NCBI RefSeq assembly: GCF_964355755.1
Contig: NC_092672.1
Span: 35,408,437 to 35,472,436, forward strand
Source: Antedon mediterranea
Taxonomy: Eukaryota > Animalia > Echinodermata
Reading direction: 5' to 3'
DNA length: 64,000 bases
Shown here piece by piece: positions 26,223-40,630 of the stretch. The notes under the pieces were generated by a model. It was not told where the DNA came from and made no database searches. It saw only the letters and a list, made by a program, of their open reading frames with translations. Position numbers and translations under genes: made by a program. How positions within the stretch are numbered: the first letter of the stretch is position 1; each line of letters starts with the position of its first letter.

Positions 26223-26801
26223 TTGATAATGAATCATTATTTCTTTAAAAAAACATCATTAATGACGAAAGAAAAATAATTTAAACTGTTACGTCAAAAA
26301 GTCGAGCGGCGTTTTTTGTAAGAAATATTTCGTGTTTAAAGAATAACTAGTGTTCTATTATAAAACAAGTATGACAAGTTTAGGTGTTTAAAATGTCCAC
26401 ACCAGGAAATAAGTCGAGTAACAATAACGAACAACATTGAAACTGGTACAACGTAAAGTTACATTTGTATAGTGTGTAACCATACAAACAATATTTAACA
26501 TCTACTACATCAACATTTTACACACAAATAAGCAAATAAAAACACCTTTTGTTTTCTAATTTGTCTTTTATTGTCCTATTTTCTAACAAACAAGATTATT
26601 CAATCGAAGCTTTTTCCATTTAAAAAAAAAATATTTCATGTTTTATCTTGGTGTCCGGGGTTCGTTCGACATCCGATCTTCCCTCATATCGCAAAAGATT
26701 GAATTATTTACTAATTGACTATTAATTTACATACAATTTATTTTATATTATCTTTTATTTCATCGGACCATAATGTACTTCTATGTATTTTCTTTCAAAA
26801 T

Positions 26802-27720
26802 CAGTGGTGGCGCCAGCCGAGGGAGGGGAGCCTAGTACTTTTTGTCGGGGATTATAAATCTTTCGCGTTCACTTCGTAGCTTCATCGCCCAGAGACCCGT
26901 GACGTTCCATTTTGAGTACGTCGGAAGGCTACTTAATTACCCATAAATGCACTGCATTATTGCCAGCGATCCACACATTTTTCTGGAGTTGTCCCTTTGT
27001 ACGAATTGTTCAATATTGGGCCCAGATCATTGCGGTTTATATGCGTTTCATCCAGGGACAAGAATGTGTATAGGCCTATAGTTACTTTCCATGCGAAGTG
27101 TACCGACTCGTTACGTCGTGTACTGTGTATCGACGTACTGTACTACGCTATAGCAAATTGGTACGAATTATGTTCACGATCATAATAATTTCTGATTAAC
27201 CCTCTGTACCGTGGGGTATCTACAGTAGATGTTTCATTGTAGGATGACTGTAGGCCTACATCACTAAACAAAACACACGAAATCTGAACTGATTTCCCGA
27301 CGGAAAATGGTCTACGCTTGATTTTGTTAACCACCTACCCCCCGCTCTATCTAAAAAAAAAACAAAAAAAAAACGCTGGGAGTGGGGGGGGGGGGAGAAA
27401 GGTCCACTATATTTTTCTACATTTTCTTAGCTCAGCTAGTCCCAGTTCTGGAGACTTAACATTTTATAAGTCAAATATCCAGGACCTAGCAAATCTATTT
27501 TTCAATATTTTCTTAACTCCACTCCAACCACCATGGTGGGCTGGTCATGTAGACTTATATTTTGTTTCATATTTCAAGATATAATCCAATTTCCGGGGAC
27601 TTAGCAACTCTATTTTTTAAAATTAACTTAGCTCTATCCCACCCATGGTGGACTAGTTCTGTACACTTATAATTTCGTATCATATAATATTAATGTATAA
27701 TTGCAATTTCCGGAGACCTA
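26802..27720 (+). mobile_element. Diverged partial copy of the hAT element at 9585
   Basis: Starts CAGTGGTGGCGCCAGC and follows the 9585-10900 sequence with deletions; right TIR absent. Confidence 0.75.
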
Positions 27721-27734
27721 AATCTTACTATTCT

Positions 27735-29530
27735 AGTAGCAAACACTTAACATTTGCAAAAATATCTATCAATACGAAATTGAAACGGCCAACCTAAAGG
27801 TTTCCTTCATTTCAAACGAAATTCTATGTAGGCCTACACCCCTGTAATTAATTTGTGGAAGATTCAAACACGAACTATTTTCGTCTTCAATGAAATGATG
27901 ATACTTTAGCCATGTTATCAACATAATAATGCCTAACAATGTATACAGCAAATTATAAAAGATTTCCAAATTCAAAACGCTATTGTTAAACATGAAGCGA
28001 TGCTGAAGACCTTCGATGTCAAAGTCATGACAAATGATGCTAGGTATATTTCATTCATTCATTCATTCATTTATCTTTTTATTTCGGAATATCATGTTGA
28101 CATAATATTATATCCATAGCAAAAGAGAGAAAAAAAAAATCTTAATCTAACAGCTCATAGAACAAAAACAAAGATATGTAAATATATAAAATCAATGCAA
28201 CAAAGCATTCCATTGTATGTGCATTCTTGACCCATTAAGATTAATGGCCATGATCAAGGAATTACTACTTGCGTTCACACGATTTTAAAAACTAAAAACA
28301 GATTTTCTAATGAACTCATCAAAGGATGGGACGTCATTTAAGACAAACATCATGCTTGCACTACAATGTCTAGGCTGCTTCAGCAGCAAACGTAAGGCAT
28401 TGTTATAACATACTTTCAGTGATCTCAGAGTGCTCTTATTATATCTACACCATAAGGTTGAACAGTACATGCTGACACAGTAACTCTTAAAATAGATAAC
28501 ATTTAGTTTTAGTAGAACATTTTCCAAACTTTCTATTTAGAGAGTTGGCCCTAATGCAAATAGATCGATATTGACGTTTGATGTCACTTTCATCACTCAG
28601 GTTATTACTGATCACATGACCAAGATAGGTTATTGAATTATCAACGATTAGAGGTGCCCCATTTAAGGTAATATGTGGAACACCTTTGAGGTTGCGGACT
28701 TTCGGGCAAAATAGCAAGCATTTGGATTTGGTTTCATTAAAAGTAATATCATGGTCACTAGCAAAACCTTCACAGAGTCCAATTAGGCTTTGTAAGCCAG
28801 TCACTGACGGAGCCACAAGGACCAAGTCATCGGCAAAGCTTAGGCAATTCAGTTTAAGACTGTTAATTTCACAACCTTCTTTTGACTTAGTCAGTTCAAC
28901 AGTTAACGGATCAGTGTACACATTGTAAAGTAGAGGGGACATAACGCCTCCCTGGCGAACCCCATTACGAACAGTGAAAGAATCGGAAACGGAACTTCCC
29001 CACCTGACAACAAATTCCTGATTCCTATACCATGACCTCAGTATCTTAACTACAGGTGAAGGGGTACCCCTGTCAATTAGTGTCTTGAATGTGTCCAGTG
29101 GTTCACTTTATCAAAGGCTTTGCTAGCGTCCAAGAAACAGCAATAAACTGGGCTACCATGATTGTTGTAATGCTCGATAATCTGTTTAAGAGCAAATATA
29201 CACAATTCGGTTGAGTGACCAGATTTGAAGGCAAACTGGTTGTCATGGGAGTCCAGTGAATTACCACAATGTTGTATCATTACAGACTCTAGAAGTTTAG
29301 AAGCTACACATGCCAAAGCTATTGGCCGATAATTCCCTTTATCAGTATATATTGTAGCGAACCGAAAAGTGTCAATAGTATCAGCCAACGAAATACAAAA
29401 ATAGAATTATGTTGATTTCTACTATGTATAGTAGACAATATTTAGGGCCCATTGGTAGATCAGTCCGTATGCTCAAATATTCTTTACCGTTCTCAATCAT
29501 TGGTTATACGCGACACAAAAAGGAGACAAT
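27735..29530 (-). pseudogene. Membrane-protein paralog 2 remnant (central part only), interrupted by a LINE
   Basis: Translates to LLYTLLGIIMLITWLKYHHFIEDENSSCLNLPQINY; 29346-29530 matches paralog 3 at ~38738-38915; both ends lost to TE insertions. Confidence 0.88.
28051..29345 (-). mobile_element. 5'-truncated non-LTR retrotransposon (RTE-X-like RT)
   Basis: NYRPIAL, QFAFK, FLDASKAFDKV, GVRQGG.MSP, FADDL motifs over frameshifted ORFs; (TGAA)n 3' tail at ~28051-28070; GTATAT on both flanks (possible TSD). Confidence 0.85.
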
Positions 29531-31278
29531 GATACGTTAACTCTACAGTTTCCTATCTTTTTTTGCCGTGAGTTTATCAAATGTATGACGTTGGCTATAG
29601 TACGGGTTATTATGTCTTCCAGCTCGATATTTGTGCCAAAATAGATTTTTTTAGCTAACTTTGTTATTCTTGAGATTCTGAATCTAAAAAAGTTAGGTGC
29701 CATTTTTTTCGACCACTCCTTCAGCCACCATTTTGTATTTCAAAATGGCCGACGTTCCACACTAAACTTGGTCATCCATGGTATCATTGGAAAGGGAATG
29801 TAATACTGATTATTTTATTCCATTACACCCATATCAATAAACGCATAGTTACATAGTTATTGCGAAATAAAACAAATCACATGACCAATAAAGGTCAAAA
29901 GGTCAAAATGCAATTTCACCAAAATACTGTACTGTTTGGTATTGCTGGATAGATTTTTTTATTCTGAATACAGTTTTACTAATATCTATTGTATTTTACT
30001 TTGTTTATTGTCATAATTTTCCAATTATGTAAATAAATTGTTTTTAAATGTTCCTTGTTGTTTTATCATGCTAATTGCTTTCTTATTTACAATACAACCT
30101 GTCCTATTGGTATATAAGTACTTTAGGCGTTGTTTTCTGTTTTTCTTCTGATAATAGTTTCTCGAAACATGTCACATTTTGAGGCAGTTTGCCTATTCAT
30201 TAAATCGCTATACTCATTTTAACAATGACAAAAGTAGTCTCCTTCATATTAAGATAAATACGGTTTTTAGTCGCGTGGAAGCGACTCTATAGTTCACTAT
30301 GTCGGTCGGTTGGTCGGTCTGTCTGTCGGTCTGTCTGTCGGTCTGTCTGTCTGTCTGTCGGTCCGGTATCACTATGCGTTTTATCGCTTTCTGACCTTAT
30401 CTTGATATCAGTTTAATCTAGCTAAGTCAATTTTTCATAGAATATTCCTTATGGCCAGGAATCGATGTGGTTATGTTTTCACGGTGCGCAATAAAAAATT
30501 ACGCGGTCTACGCACGATTTAACGAAATCACGTTTGTAATCATATCTTAACAACCATGAATCACAATTAAATAAAATTTGGTACTCATAAATTTCAGGGC
30601 ATAAATCATCATATTAGTACAGGCTATATGTGACATTTATCCTATGTAACCTTGAAAAAATTCTAATAAAAGGTCTTTTGGTATTTTCTTGTAGCTTTAG
30701 GTGTGAATAAATACCAAAAAATTTTTGCAGCCTTCTAGTTGCTGCGTTAGTGAGATATTGAGGGTCAAAGGTCAGTGACCTTTTTGTGGCATTTGATGGC
30801 TCATAACTCCTCAATTCCTGGGTTTAAAAAGACAACTGTGGTGTCTACATCTATGTTTTAGTGGTCAAACAACAAAATAAAGTTTTTGCAAATTTCGGGT
30901 TACTTGTGCCATTGGTTAGATAGTCGGGTCAAAGGTCATTGACCTTTATTCATTAATAACTACTACTAGTTTAGGACCTGGATAAGATTTGTATGCATTC
31001 AATTTAGGAGAGAATATCTCAACTGTTATAGGATAATTAGACCCCAAGGAACAACATGAGATATGTGCCAAATTCGTTATCGGGGGGGGGGGGGGGGGCG
31101 AACATGCCCAAAATCGGGGTCAAAAGGTTAGACATGTGTGGTTCTTATATCTCGACAACCAAATCATACAGATTTGCTTTTGGTGTCAAATTGTTCAGAA
31201 AATACATATTTATATTCAGTCTAACACAACGTTTACCCCAAAAAATGACCGGAAATGCTTTTACTGACCTTTGACCAA

Positions 31279-33000
31279 ACTTACTTACTTAATGTCATCC
31301 CACTATTAAGTGGGTGCCATGATAATTTGTCTCCACACATCTCTATCAAGCATGCTCTTTCTCAGTTCACTCAGGTCTAGTTTGGTATCTTTCAACAGAA
31401 TGTCGAGCGAAGTCAGTTGAGGTCTTCCCACTTTCCTTTTCTCTTCTGGTTCCTAAAGGAGAACTCTTGAGGCAGGCTCAGAGCTTCTCATAACATGACC
31501 GGCAAGGCCCATGCGACGTCTTTGAATGATGGTCGTAAGACGGGGAAGGTTGGCATATAGTGTCTTGTTGGTAGCGTGTGAGGACCATGGGATGTTTTGG
31601 ACTTTCCTCAGCATGCGGGTGTATGCTCCATCCAATGATTTTGAGAGCGATGAAGTAAGACTCCATGTCTCACAGCCGTAAAGAAGAATGGCTTCAACTG
31701 TTGACTTAAAGAGGCGGATTTTTGTGGACTTGTTGATACGAGATGCCCATATTTTTGAAAGATTGTTCAGCGCACCCCATGCTTGACCAAGTCTTGCTTC
31801 GACATCATGGTTAGTGGATGAACAGTAGCTTCCGAGGTACTTGAAATCCTCTACTTGTTCTATTGCTGATCCATCCAGTGCGAGAGTTATAGAAGGTGAT
31901 GAGGGGTTTAAATGTATGAATTGGGTCTTCTTGATGTTTAAGTGTTTAAGTTGAATTCTGTGCAGTAGATTTTCGGCAGCATGTATGGAATCTTCAAGAA
32001 TGGCGATGTCATCGGCAAAGTCCAGGTCTGGTAGTACTTCAGCTGGATGTCTTCTACTACGGCGGAGGGTGAGACCGTCTGATGATGTAGTTGCTGATCG
32101 CACTACATAGTCAAGGCAGACAATAAACAAGAATGGAGCAAGAGGGTCTCCTTGAACTACGCCAGAGTCGATGTTGAAGCAATCAGTCTCACCATCTGGA
32201 ATCAGGACAACTGCTGATGTATTGATATATATTACTCTGATGGCTTCTACAATTTTATGAGGGATGCCGTATGCTAAGAGGATCTTCATCATGATGTTGC
32301 GATTGATGGAATCGAAGGCTTTGCGAAAGTCAATAAAGATAATGACTGCCTCTTTGTGATGGTTCTTAACCTCTTTTTTTCTTTCATTTTTCTTTCATTT
32401 ATTTGGCATCTCAATAAATAACATTAAAAATACATCAATAATATATAAAATCACCTTAAATATTAATATACATGTACATCAAAAAAGCAAATAAAAATGG
32501 CGGGATTAATGAAGTCTGACGATGCACGGGAAAACACATAAAGTCGTTTAAAGTAAAACAACTTAATTCCAATGTGGTCCCTAAAAAGATAGTAATTATA
32601 ATTTTAACAAAATAAACAACAATTCTCCTCAGTGCAAGAATGTGCGTAGTTGTTGATCGTGCCTGACGAAAGCCATTCTGGTTGGGGCGTAAAACTTCAT
32701 TAATCACAGGACGTATCCTATTTAAAATCAGGCGATTGTAGATCTTTGCAGCCAATTGTGATAATGAAATACCCCTGTAGTTATCTGGTTTTGAAAGATC
32801 ACCTTTTTTCGGGATATGAACGAAATTCCCCATTCTGATGGCCTGTTTCCATCAAGAATTTGATTGCAGAAAGAAGTGAGAGCTTTCTGGGTGCCAGGTA
32901 ATTTCCATATTTCGATGGGAAGACCTTCAAGACCAGGTGCTTTGCCAGATTTCATCTGTTTGCAGGCAATTGACACCTCAGCCTCGGAGAACCTCTCGGA
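31279..33000 (-). mobile_element. RTE-clade LINE, 3' portion of ORF (RT), with a ~250-bp insertion at ~32372-32620
   Basis: GKAPG, NYRGISL, QNGFR, GVVQGDPLAP, FADDI, FKYLGS, LLYGCETW motifs; 3' hairpin CCCACTTAATAGTGGG and (TAAG)n tail. Confidence 0.9.
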
Positions 33001-33039
33001 GCTTATCTGGTGGTTAAGTTGAAAATTTTGACGATATCC

Positions 33040-33541
33040 ATGTCATCTACCACTGAAGTCTCGCCCATGAGTGATATCATTAAGAGACATTGTGTCCAAT
33101 ATCATGTGTACGCAGATGATACACAACTGTACATCAGCTTTAATCCAGCAGAGTTTAATGAGGCGAAATCGGTTATCGAAGCTTGTGTTGTTGATGTTCA
33201 GGATTGGCTAACTAAAAACATGCTCTTTTTAAATCTGGTAAAACAGAAATCTTATTTCTTCATTCAAAACACTTCAAGAAATTGGCCATTGCTAGAAACA
33301 TCAATCACATCATCGTTGGAGGTTAGATATATCGGAGTTGTATTTGACTCAGCAACGATTATGTCCAGACATATCAACAACATTAGTAAATCTGATACCT
33401 ACCACCTTCGTAACATAAGATCAATTCGCAAACACACTCCTCGCTTATTAAACTTGTCCATGCACTAATAACATCACGGTTAGACTACTGCAATGCCATT
33501 TTGTTTGGTCTACCAAATAAAGAACTTAATAAACTACAACT
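33040..33541 (+). mobile_element. L2/CR1-group LINE RT fragment
   Basis: [27 protein letters not shown] motifs. Confidence 0.82.
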
Positions 33542-36500
33542 AAGTCTTTTCTGTTTTTATACCAAATATTTCATTACAACGCTAGAATTATTTCACCTAA
33601 AATAAACTTACATTAATTTATACTCATTTTTGTCTAAATTTAATAAAATATGCATATTTTCCAAAAATAACATCACATAATTAAATACAAGTTGGGTAGC
33701 AATGGGTAGCATATTGTATATGCTTTCATTTGATACCATACAGTGTGTCCATTGACATTTTAAATATTTAACCCGAAAATGTGTTTTTTGGTCAAAGGTC
33801 AGTAAAAGCATTTCCGGTCATTTTTTGGGGTAAAAGTTGTGTTAGACCGAATATAAATATGTATATTCTGAACAATTTGACACCAAAAGCAAATCTGTAT
33901 GACAAGTGGTTTTCGAGATATAAGAACCACACATTTCTAACCTTTGACCCCGATTTTGGGCATGTTCGCCCCAGATAACGAATTTGACACATATCCCATG
34001 TTGTTCCTTGGGGTCAAATTATCCTATAACAGTTGAGATATTCTCTCCTAAATTAAATGCATACAAATCTTACTCAGGTCCTACACTAGCAGTAGTTATT
34101 AATGAATAAAGGTCAATGACCTTTGACCCGACTATCTGACCAATGGCACAAGTAACCCGAAAATTGCAAAAACTTTATTTTGTTGTTTGACATACAACAT
34201 AGATGTAGAAACCACATTTGTCTTTTTAAACCCAGGAATTGAGGAGTTATGAGCCATCAAATGCCACAAAAAGGTCACTGACCTTTGACCCTCAATATCT
34301 CACTAACGCAGCAACTAGAAGGCTGCAAAAATTTTTTGGTAATTATTGACACCTAAAGCTACAAGAAAATACCAAAAGACCTTTTATTAGAATTTTTTCA
34401 AGGTCAAACCATATATAGCCTCTACTATGGCAATACAATTACGTGCGTAGCGCATGTAACGCATGCGTACGCGCGCTTAAAATTTTCAAAATTTATTTTC
34501 GATGAAATAAGAGTACGTTTCAGGCAATTTTAAGCGTTTACAAAATTGGCATGAGTGCGCAGATTTTTGCGCGCCCACTGCTGCGCGTTAAATGTTATTG
34601 CGCACTCTTTTTGCCCGATTTCTGTTTTCTTGACTTACTTTTCAACTCGAAATTACGTTATACGAGCACGTCAAAAGTGACAGGCTACGCACGTGTAAAT
34701 TAAAAAAATATAGATGTTTTTAAACATTTCAACATTTTTAAACATGTTCAGTAATTTCGGTCAGTATAGTTCACTATGTCGGTCTGTCTGTCTGTCTGTC
34801 GGTCTGTCTGTCGGTCTGTCTGTCGGTCTGTCTGTCGGTCCGGTATCACTATGCATTGTAGCACGCGACTTAATGGCTGTTGGCCTTGTTCTTATTGGTT
34901 TTACAATTCATTCAAATGTTTGTTTGATTTTCTTTCTACTTTGTTATTGTCCATTTATACATATTATATATTATATTATATATTATCTTAATACTGAATA
35001 AGTACCGTACGGTACTGGATTACACTTAACTTCAATGTCAAGTTTCCGAGTTATTTAATTTAAAATCAAAATAACTATTGTCCGTGAACAAAGGTGAAAT
35101 AAACTGTTGTCACATCACATCTTTGCTTTTTTTGTTGGATAGCTTTTTAAATTCTGAATCTATTTTATTTTTAGTAGTTTACATTTCTGTTTTTCGTAAA
35201 AAGAAAAAAATGCTACGGGTCACGGTATCCTTTGCGTAGCGTTCAAAATCATTTGTATTTTTGTCAAAGCGGGTACCACACAATATAAAGCCATCTGTGC
35301 ACAATGCCAATGTTAATTGGCATGCCTTTCTCTTTGAACGTCAGATGAAGTGCAGCAAACAGAATGTTTGCATTTGATATTATTATACAGTGAAAAAAAT
35401 CTTAAGAATTTAGAACTACCAATCGATATTGTAAAGAAACAAATTACGGTATTTTTAATGTCAAAAGGTGCCCTTTGATTTTTACGTGTGGTTTGTGATT
35501 ATCGCAATATAAATCCTAACTATACGTTGTTATTATTAAAAGTCACATAAAATAATTAATCAAACTATACTTGTTTGTGGTAACTTAACTTTAAGAACTT
35601 ATCGGAAAGAAGGGAAACAAAATCCGCTTTCCAGCAATAATATTCAAATTAGTTTGAGAAAAACGAAATCTTTTAACTACAGACACTTTATAAATATGTA
35701 CCGTATGTAACGATTTCAGTTATTGAATTCCCTTTTATAAATTTATATTTTAATTTTGTTACTTTTACTGCATTTCTCAGTTATATTTATAAAAAATGCA
35801 GTGGGGTTTTTTTAAAGAGTGAAGTGCGACCACACACCGGTAGGAGATGGAATCGGCCTTTCAGTCATCGATGCGTTTTGAATTATTGTTATTATTTTAT
35901 TGTTCTTGGGCATGATCCTATTGTATCCGTTTGTTGTTAGTATTTGTATTCTTATGAGTATGAGCATATGCCACCGATTTAATTTATATTCAATAAAATT
36001 ATGTTATCATCTGAAACGGTGGAAGATTATTCGACTACTTATACACAGTTATAGATGAGCTGTTTTCTATCCTGCCTTTATGGTCACACAAATATCCAAT
36101 ATATATAATATAAGAATGTGTACATAAATTAATTTAAATAAGCAACAACTTTTTTATCGATTTACTTTATATATATATATAGGCCTAGGCTTTCAACATG
36201 CAACCATGTTATTGGCAGAAAACCATGTTTGAAAAAAACAACATAGACGCCACTGTACTGGATATAGTTATAAATAAAACTACATTAACTAGCAGAATTA
36301 AGACAAATCTAAATTACTTTCCAAAGTTACGTTTCTGTTTCTGCTGTAGTAGTTGTATGAACTTGCTCAAATAAAACGTACTAAAATCAATTACTTTAAG
36401 TCCAAATCATGTTTGCGTCGCAACTAATTTACCTGCAAAGCAATGGTTGTTTTATCTTGTTTTTTACTTGCAATGCAAAAACCGGGCATATCGAGGATCT

Positions 36501-37039
36501 TGATAGTTAAACTTAACTTATACTAAAGTAGTTTCACACACTGAAATTGTTATTATAACCAGATATTAAATGTTACCAACATTTGAATGAATTGTAAAAC
36601 CAATAGGAAAAACCGTATTTATCTTAATACGAAGGAGACCTTTTTTATTGTACATTTAAAAATTTATTTACATAATTGGAAAGTTATGACAATAAATAAA
36701 GGAAAATCGAATAGATATTAGTAAAACTGTATTCAGAATAAAAAAAAGGTATCCTACGATACCAAACAGTAAAGTATTTGAGAAAATTAAAATGTTGACC
36801 TTTTGACCTTTTTGGTCACGTGACTTGTTTTATTGTTGAATAACTATGTAACTATGCATTTTATGATATGGATGTAATGGGATAAAATGATCAGTATTAT
36901 ATTCCCTTTCCGATGATACCATGGATGGCAAAGTTCAGTGTGAAATGTCGGCCATTTTGAAATACAAAATTGAATTCAGCAACTCAAGAATAACAAAGTT
37001 AGCCAATAAAATCTATTTTGGCACTAATATCGAGCTGGA

Positions 37040-37440
37040 GCTAGTTTTCCTTACATATGTGACTGTACTAATAAAGGCGTAACGGGATCGGTTTGTTCTT
37101 GTCTTAGGGATACAGAGCCTACCACCGGATCGAATAAATTTATCATTTAGGGGATGACTGACATCACCCATTATACGCAAAGCAGCCTGTATTGATCTAT
37201 CAATATATAATTCATTCAGGTAGATTGGTATATCGCCTATAAGTTTACCAGCTCTTTTCACAATTTGATTTAGCCTTTTTTTTATCTTTCATAAATAAAT
37301 TACTTTAGTTACAAATCAGACAGTAAGACAATACACTTAGGACCATCGTTGTATAAAACAACTTCATAATAGTGATATCAATATTGAGCGTTTTTATTTT
37401 TCGCAATATATACATTCTTTGACAAGCTTTACCAACTAAT
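37040..37440 (-). mobile_element. Rex-Babar/CR1-group LINE 3' fragment
   Basis: KRAGKLIG..HPL...SG.RL..PKTRTNR..AFI C-terminal motif. Confidence 0.65.
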
Positions 37441-37506
37441 TTATCTGTGTTTGTCTTCCAGTTAGAATAAAATAAGATCTTAAGAGAAGAGATACTATTT
37501 TTAACT

Positions 37507-39558
37507 TCAAAGACACGTCACTGTTTGAAACGTGTTCGAATCGCCGTAACGAAAATCCGCTTCATTCCTGTTAGTCATAATTTCATACCAATTTTCAGAC
37601 AGTCGTTTTTTAAAATATTCTTCAATGTCTTCTCGAATGCATTTTTCTAGGATCTTTTTTTTACTCTCCTCTTCTGCCTTATTTCGTAGTAATACCTCAA
37701 AAAGAGGTAGGCCTACAATACTAGCAATTGCAACAGCTGCATATATAGTTTCACTTGTTTTAACTCGTCGTAATCAGCGATGGTCTTTAGCGTTGAGAAG
37801 CCTACCCAAATTACTAGACTCAGAATTAGAACTTTTAGGATGATAGTTAGAAATTGGATCTCTGTCGGTCTATACTTCTTAACAATCAAGTCAAAGAGAG
37901 TCTTTTCAACGGCAGTTAAGCCTTCAGTATCTTGCCGGATTACGGGTAAAGATGCGCTATCATTTGGAGCAGATGCTACCACTAACTCCATTCCTTCTTC
38001 AGATTCGTGATTTGCAGGCCTAAATTGTGGAAAAGATGGCAGGTTATCACCAGAAACTTGCACTATGTTATCTTTGATTAACTCATCTAATACCAATATC
38101 ACTTGCTGTAAGAGAACCACATATCCTTTGTAATAACTGGTTATAGTTGAAATTACGTAACCAATCGCAATCACAGCCATAGCTGCAACGACTCCAGGTA
38201 CTAGGGTTAACCAGCAATCCAATGTAGAAGTATAATAGAATCTGACATATGTACACAAAGATACATGCTAATTTCGATATCAGAACACAACAATATATAA
38301 AATAACAGATACTATAGTAGTGACCTAAATGCAAATCCAATAAATAACGTTGAAATAATGGAGTATACATTAGAACATTCAACACACATACGATACATAA
38401 TAACGGTACTTCAAGAATTTTGAGTGGCGAACACTTAACATTTGCAAAAATATCTTTCCAACTCGAAACGGCCAACCTAAAGTTTTCCTTCAATTCAAAC
38501 GAAAGTCTATGTAAACCGCTGTAATTAATTTGTGAAAGATTCAAATACAAACTATTTTCGTTATTTTTCATGAATTTATCTTCAATGAAATGACGATACT
38601 TTACCCATATCCTCAACATAATAATGCCTAACAATGTATACATCACATTATTAAAGATTTCCATGAAAACTTTATCGTTAAACATGAAGCGATGCTGAAG
38701 ACCTTCGCTGTCAAAGACATGACAAATGATGATAGGTATATATTGTAGCGAACCGAAAAGTGTCCATAGTATCAGCCAACGAAATACAAAAATACAATTA
38801 TGTTGATTTCCACTATGTAGTAGAAAATATTTAGGGCCCATTGGTAGATCAGTCCGTAAGCTCAAATATTTTTTACCGTTCTCAATCATTGGTTTTACGC
38901 GACACAAAAAGGATACGAAGAACCAGTCAAAATTTAATACAGTGAATATGAAACTAATCCAGAGAAATGTTCTAAACCAGAAATGTTTCATAAATTTATG
39001 AGATTCCACTGAACTATCATCTTCTGAAATATGCCAGCATTCAAAGTACGTACTGCTTTGAAGCATAACGTATACGCAATAAAAAGTGCCTATGTCCTGT
39101 ATTCGCTCAATGCAAACATCTTGTTTCACACTGCCTTCATTTATACGCTGCAGAATAGATTTTGCGATAATGTTTAATTTGTCTTCACTGTCAACATCAA
39201 GGAAACACTTGGGTACTGATGTGACATTTAGGAAGATATGTTCAACACTAGGAGATAAAGTTCCAAGTGACAGGCATTCAAAATCAAAAGGAAAAGTCAC
39301 AAGGAGTTCACCAATTTTCCCGCTAATCATCACCCAGCGGTTGAAATCAATCACTTGTGTAGCAAAATCAGAAAAATCAACAAAAGATAACAACTTTATG
39401 TTGATAAAAACAGCATCACTATTCAATATTTCTTGCAAGCCATCTGTGCCATCCATCTCCAGTAGACAGGTAATGTTATCGGATTGGATCCGTGTAGAGA
39501 TGTTTCTGGATGACGTCACAACACACAGAAGAAGTAAGATGCTCCGAGAACGTGTCAT
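37507..39558 (-). pseudogene. Membrane-protein paralog 3, frameshifted
   Basis: Full-length homology to paralog 1 including its C-terminus. 2-bp deletion near 38197 gives a premature stop (491 aa); further indels near 37741 and 37710; putative upstream donor exon deleted (~40295). Confidence 0.85.
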
Positions 39559-39680
39559 GGTTTGAGGCGTAAAGATAATGACTCTGAAAATAAAATTAAT
39601 ATACTTACATTTTGTAGATGAAGTTTTTGTTTTATGGTACTATTGTGTATTAATCCATTATTTGCGTAGCCTGTCCCATA

Positions 39681-39830
39681 TTATTATTATTACTTGTAAA
39701 GCGCACATTTATACAACATTTAATTATAATCAGCGGCTCTTCACATCAATTAGTATCGTAACATTGTTTGAAATATAGTGCCTTTAAATGTTTTTTAAAC
39801 TGATTATAGTCGTCTAAGTGTTTAATGTGA
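39681..39830 (-). mobile_element. L2-like LINE 3' end inserted upstream of paralog 3
   Basis: Absent at the homologous sites (~18485, ~58445); GCGCTTTACAAGT(AAT)n-type tail on the minus strand. Confidence 0.6.
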
Positions 39831-40630
39831 CATAGGGGTAATTTGTGTGTTCCTCTTTAATTTTAACAGGATTTTTACCAAATAAACCATACATTACATT
39901 ACTGTACTTTACACCCCCGCATGTATTCAAGTTAATCACCTATACTAATACCCTATACGATTAGTATATTTAGGTCATAATTAAATATTTCAATCAAAAG
40001 AATATGACTTGTCAAATTATATTGAAGTTGAAATGTCGTAATTTTTACAATTTTATTCGTACACGAATAACTAAAGAAAATTTATTTTTCATAGGATACT
40101 CAGACGCCATTTTTCACCCGAGCTCCTGTGAAATCTGTTCGTTATTTAAAATGGTTTATACGATACAAAATTAAATTGTTTAATAGCAAAACATTATATT
40201 CAATACAATACTGTAAGTTTCAGTATTGATGTAAGACTCATTGACATGAATTTATTTTGTGAATATCTAAGCAAAGGTACAGATGCGAGTGGAATAATAA
40301 TGTAATTTTGAATAGTATTACAGTAATAGTCGGCCTCACTTGCACTAAAAAAAAGGGGATATAAATACAAATGGTCAAATTTCGATGAGAGAAATAAATA
40401 TAATTTTAACATGAAATTGAAACGATATATTAAATGATTACATTGGTGGTTATAAATTTCGAAATTGTAAACAATTACCTTGTACGACGTGCATGGATAT
40501 TGGCTGTACAAATCAAAGTGTCGCGATCCGAATATGTTCACATTACTACAGGCAAAGCATATTGATCATCGAATTGTCGATAAACTCAATAGTTCTCTTT
40601 TCAGAATTAATACACGTGGTGTACCGTTAA

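Larger units (their letters stand above)
30615..34427. mobile_element. Long-TIR DNA element with TAGT...ACTA termini (Academ-like)
   Basis: ~660-bp inverted repeats 30615-31278 / ~33786-34427; termini TAGTACAGGCTATAT / ATATAGCCTCTACTA. Confidence 0.72.
30264..34890 (+). mobile_element. HINE/Helentron-like element split by nested insertion
   Basis: 30264-30614 plus 34428-34890 rejoin to match 15662-16213; AGTCGCGTG/CACGCGACT subterminal IR, (GTCT/GTCG)n, GGCCTTGTT end. Confidence 0.8.
29541..37040. mobile_element. Long-TIR DNA element starting at TTAA (piggyBac-like), host of nested insertions
   Basis: TTAA|CTCTACAG start; ~29620-30265 is an imperfect reverse complement of ~36610-37040; extreme right end missing. 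Confidence 0.6.
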
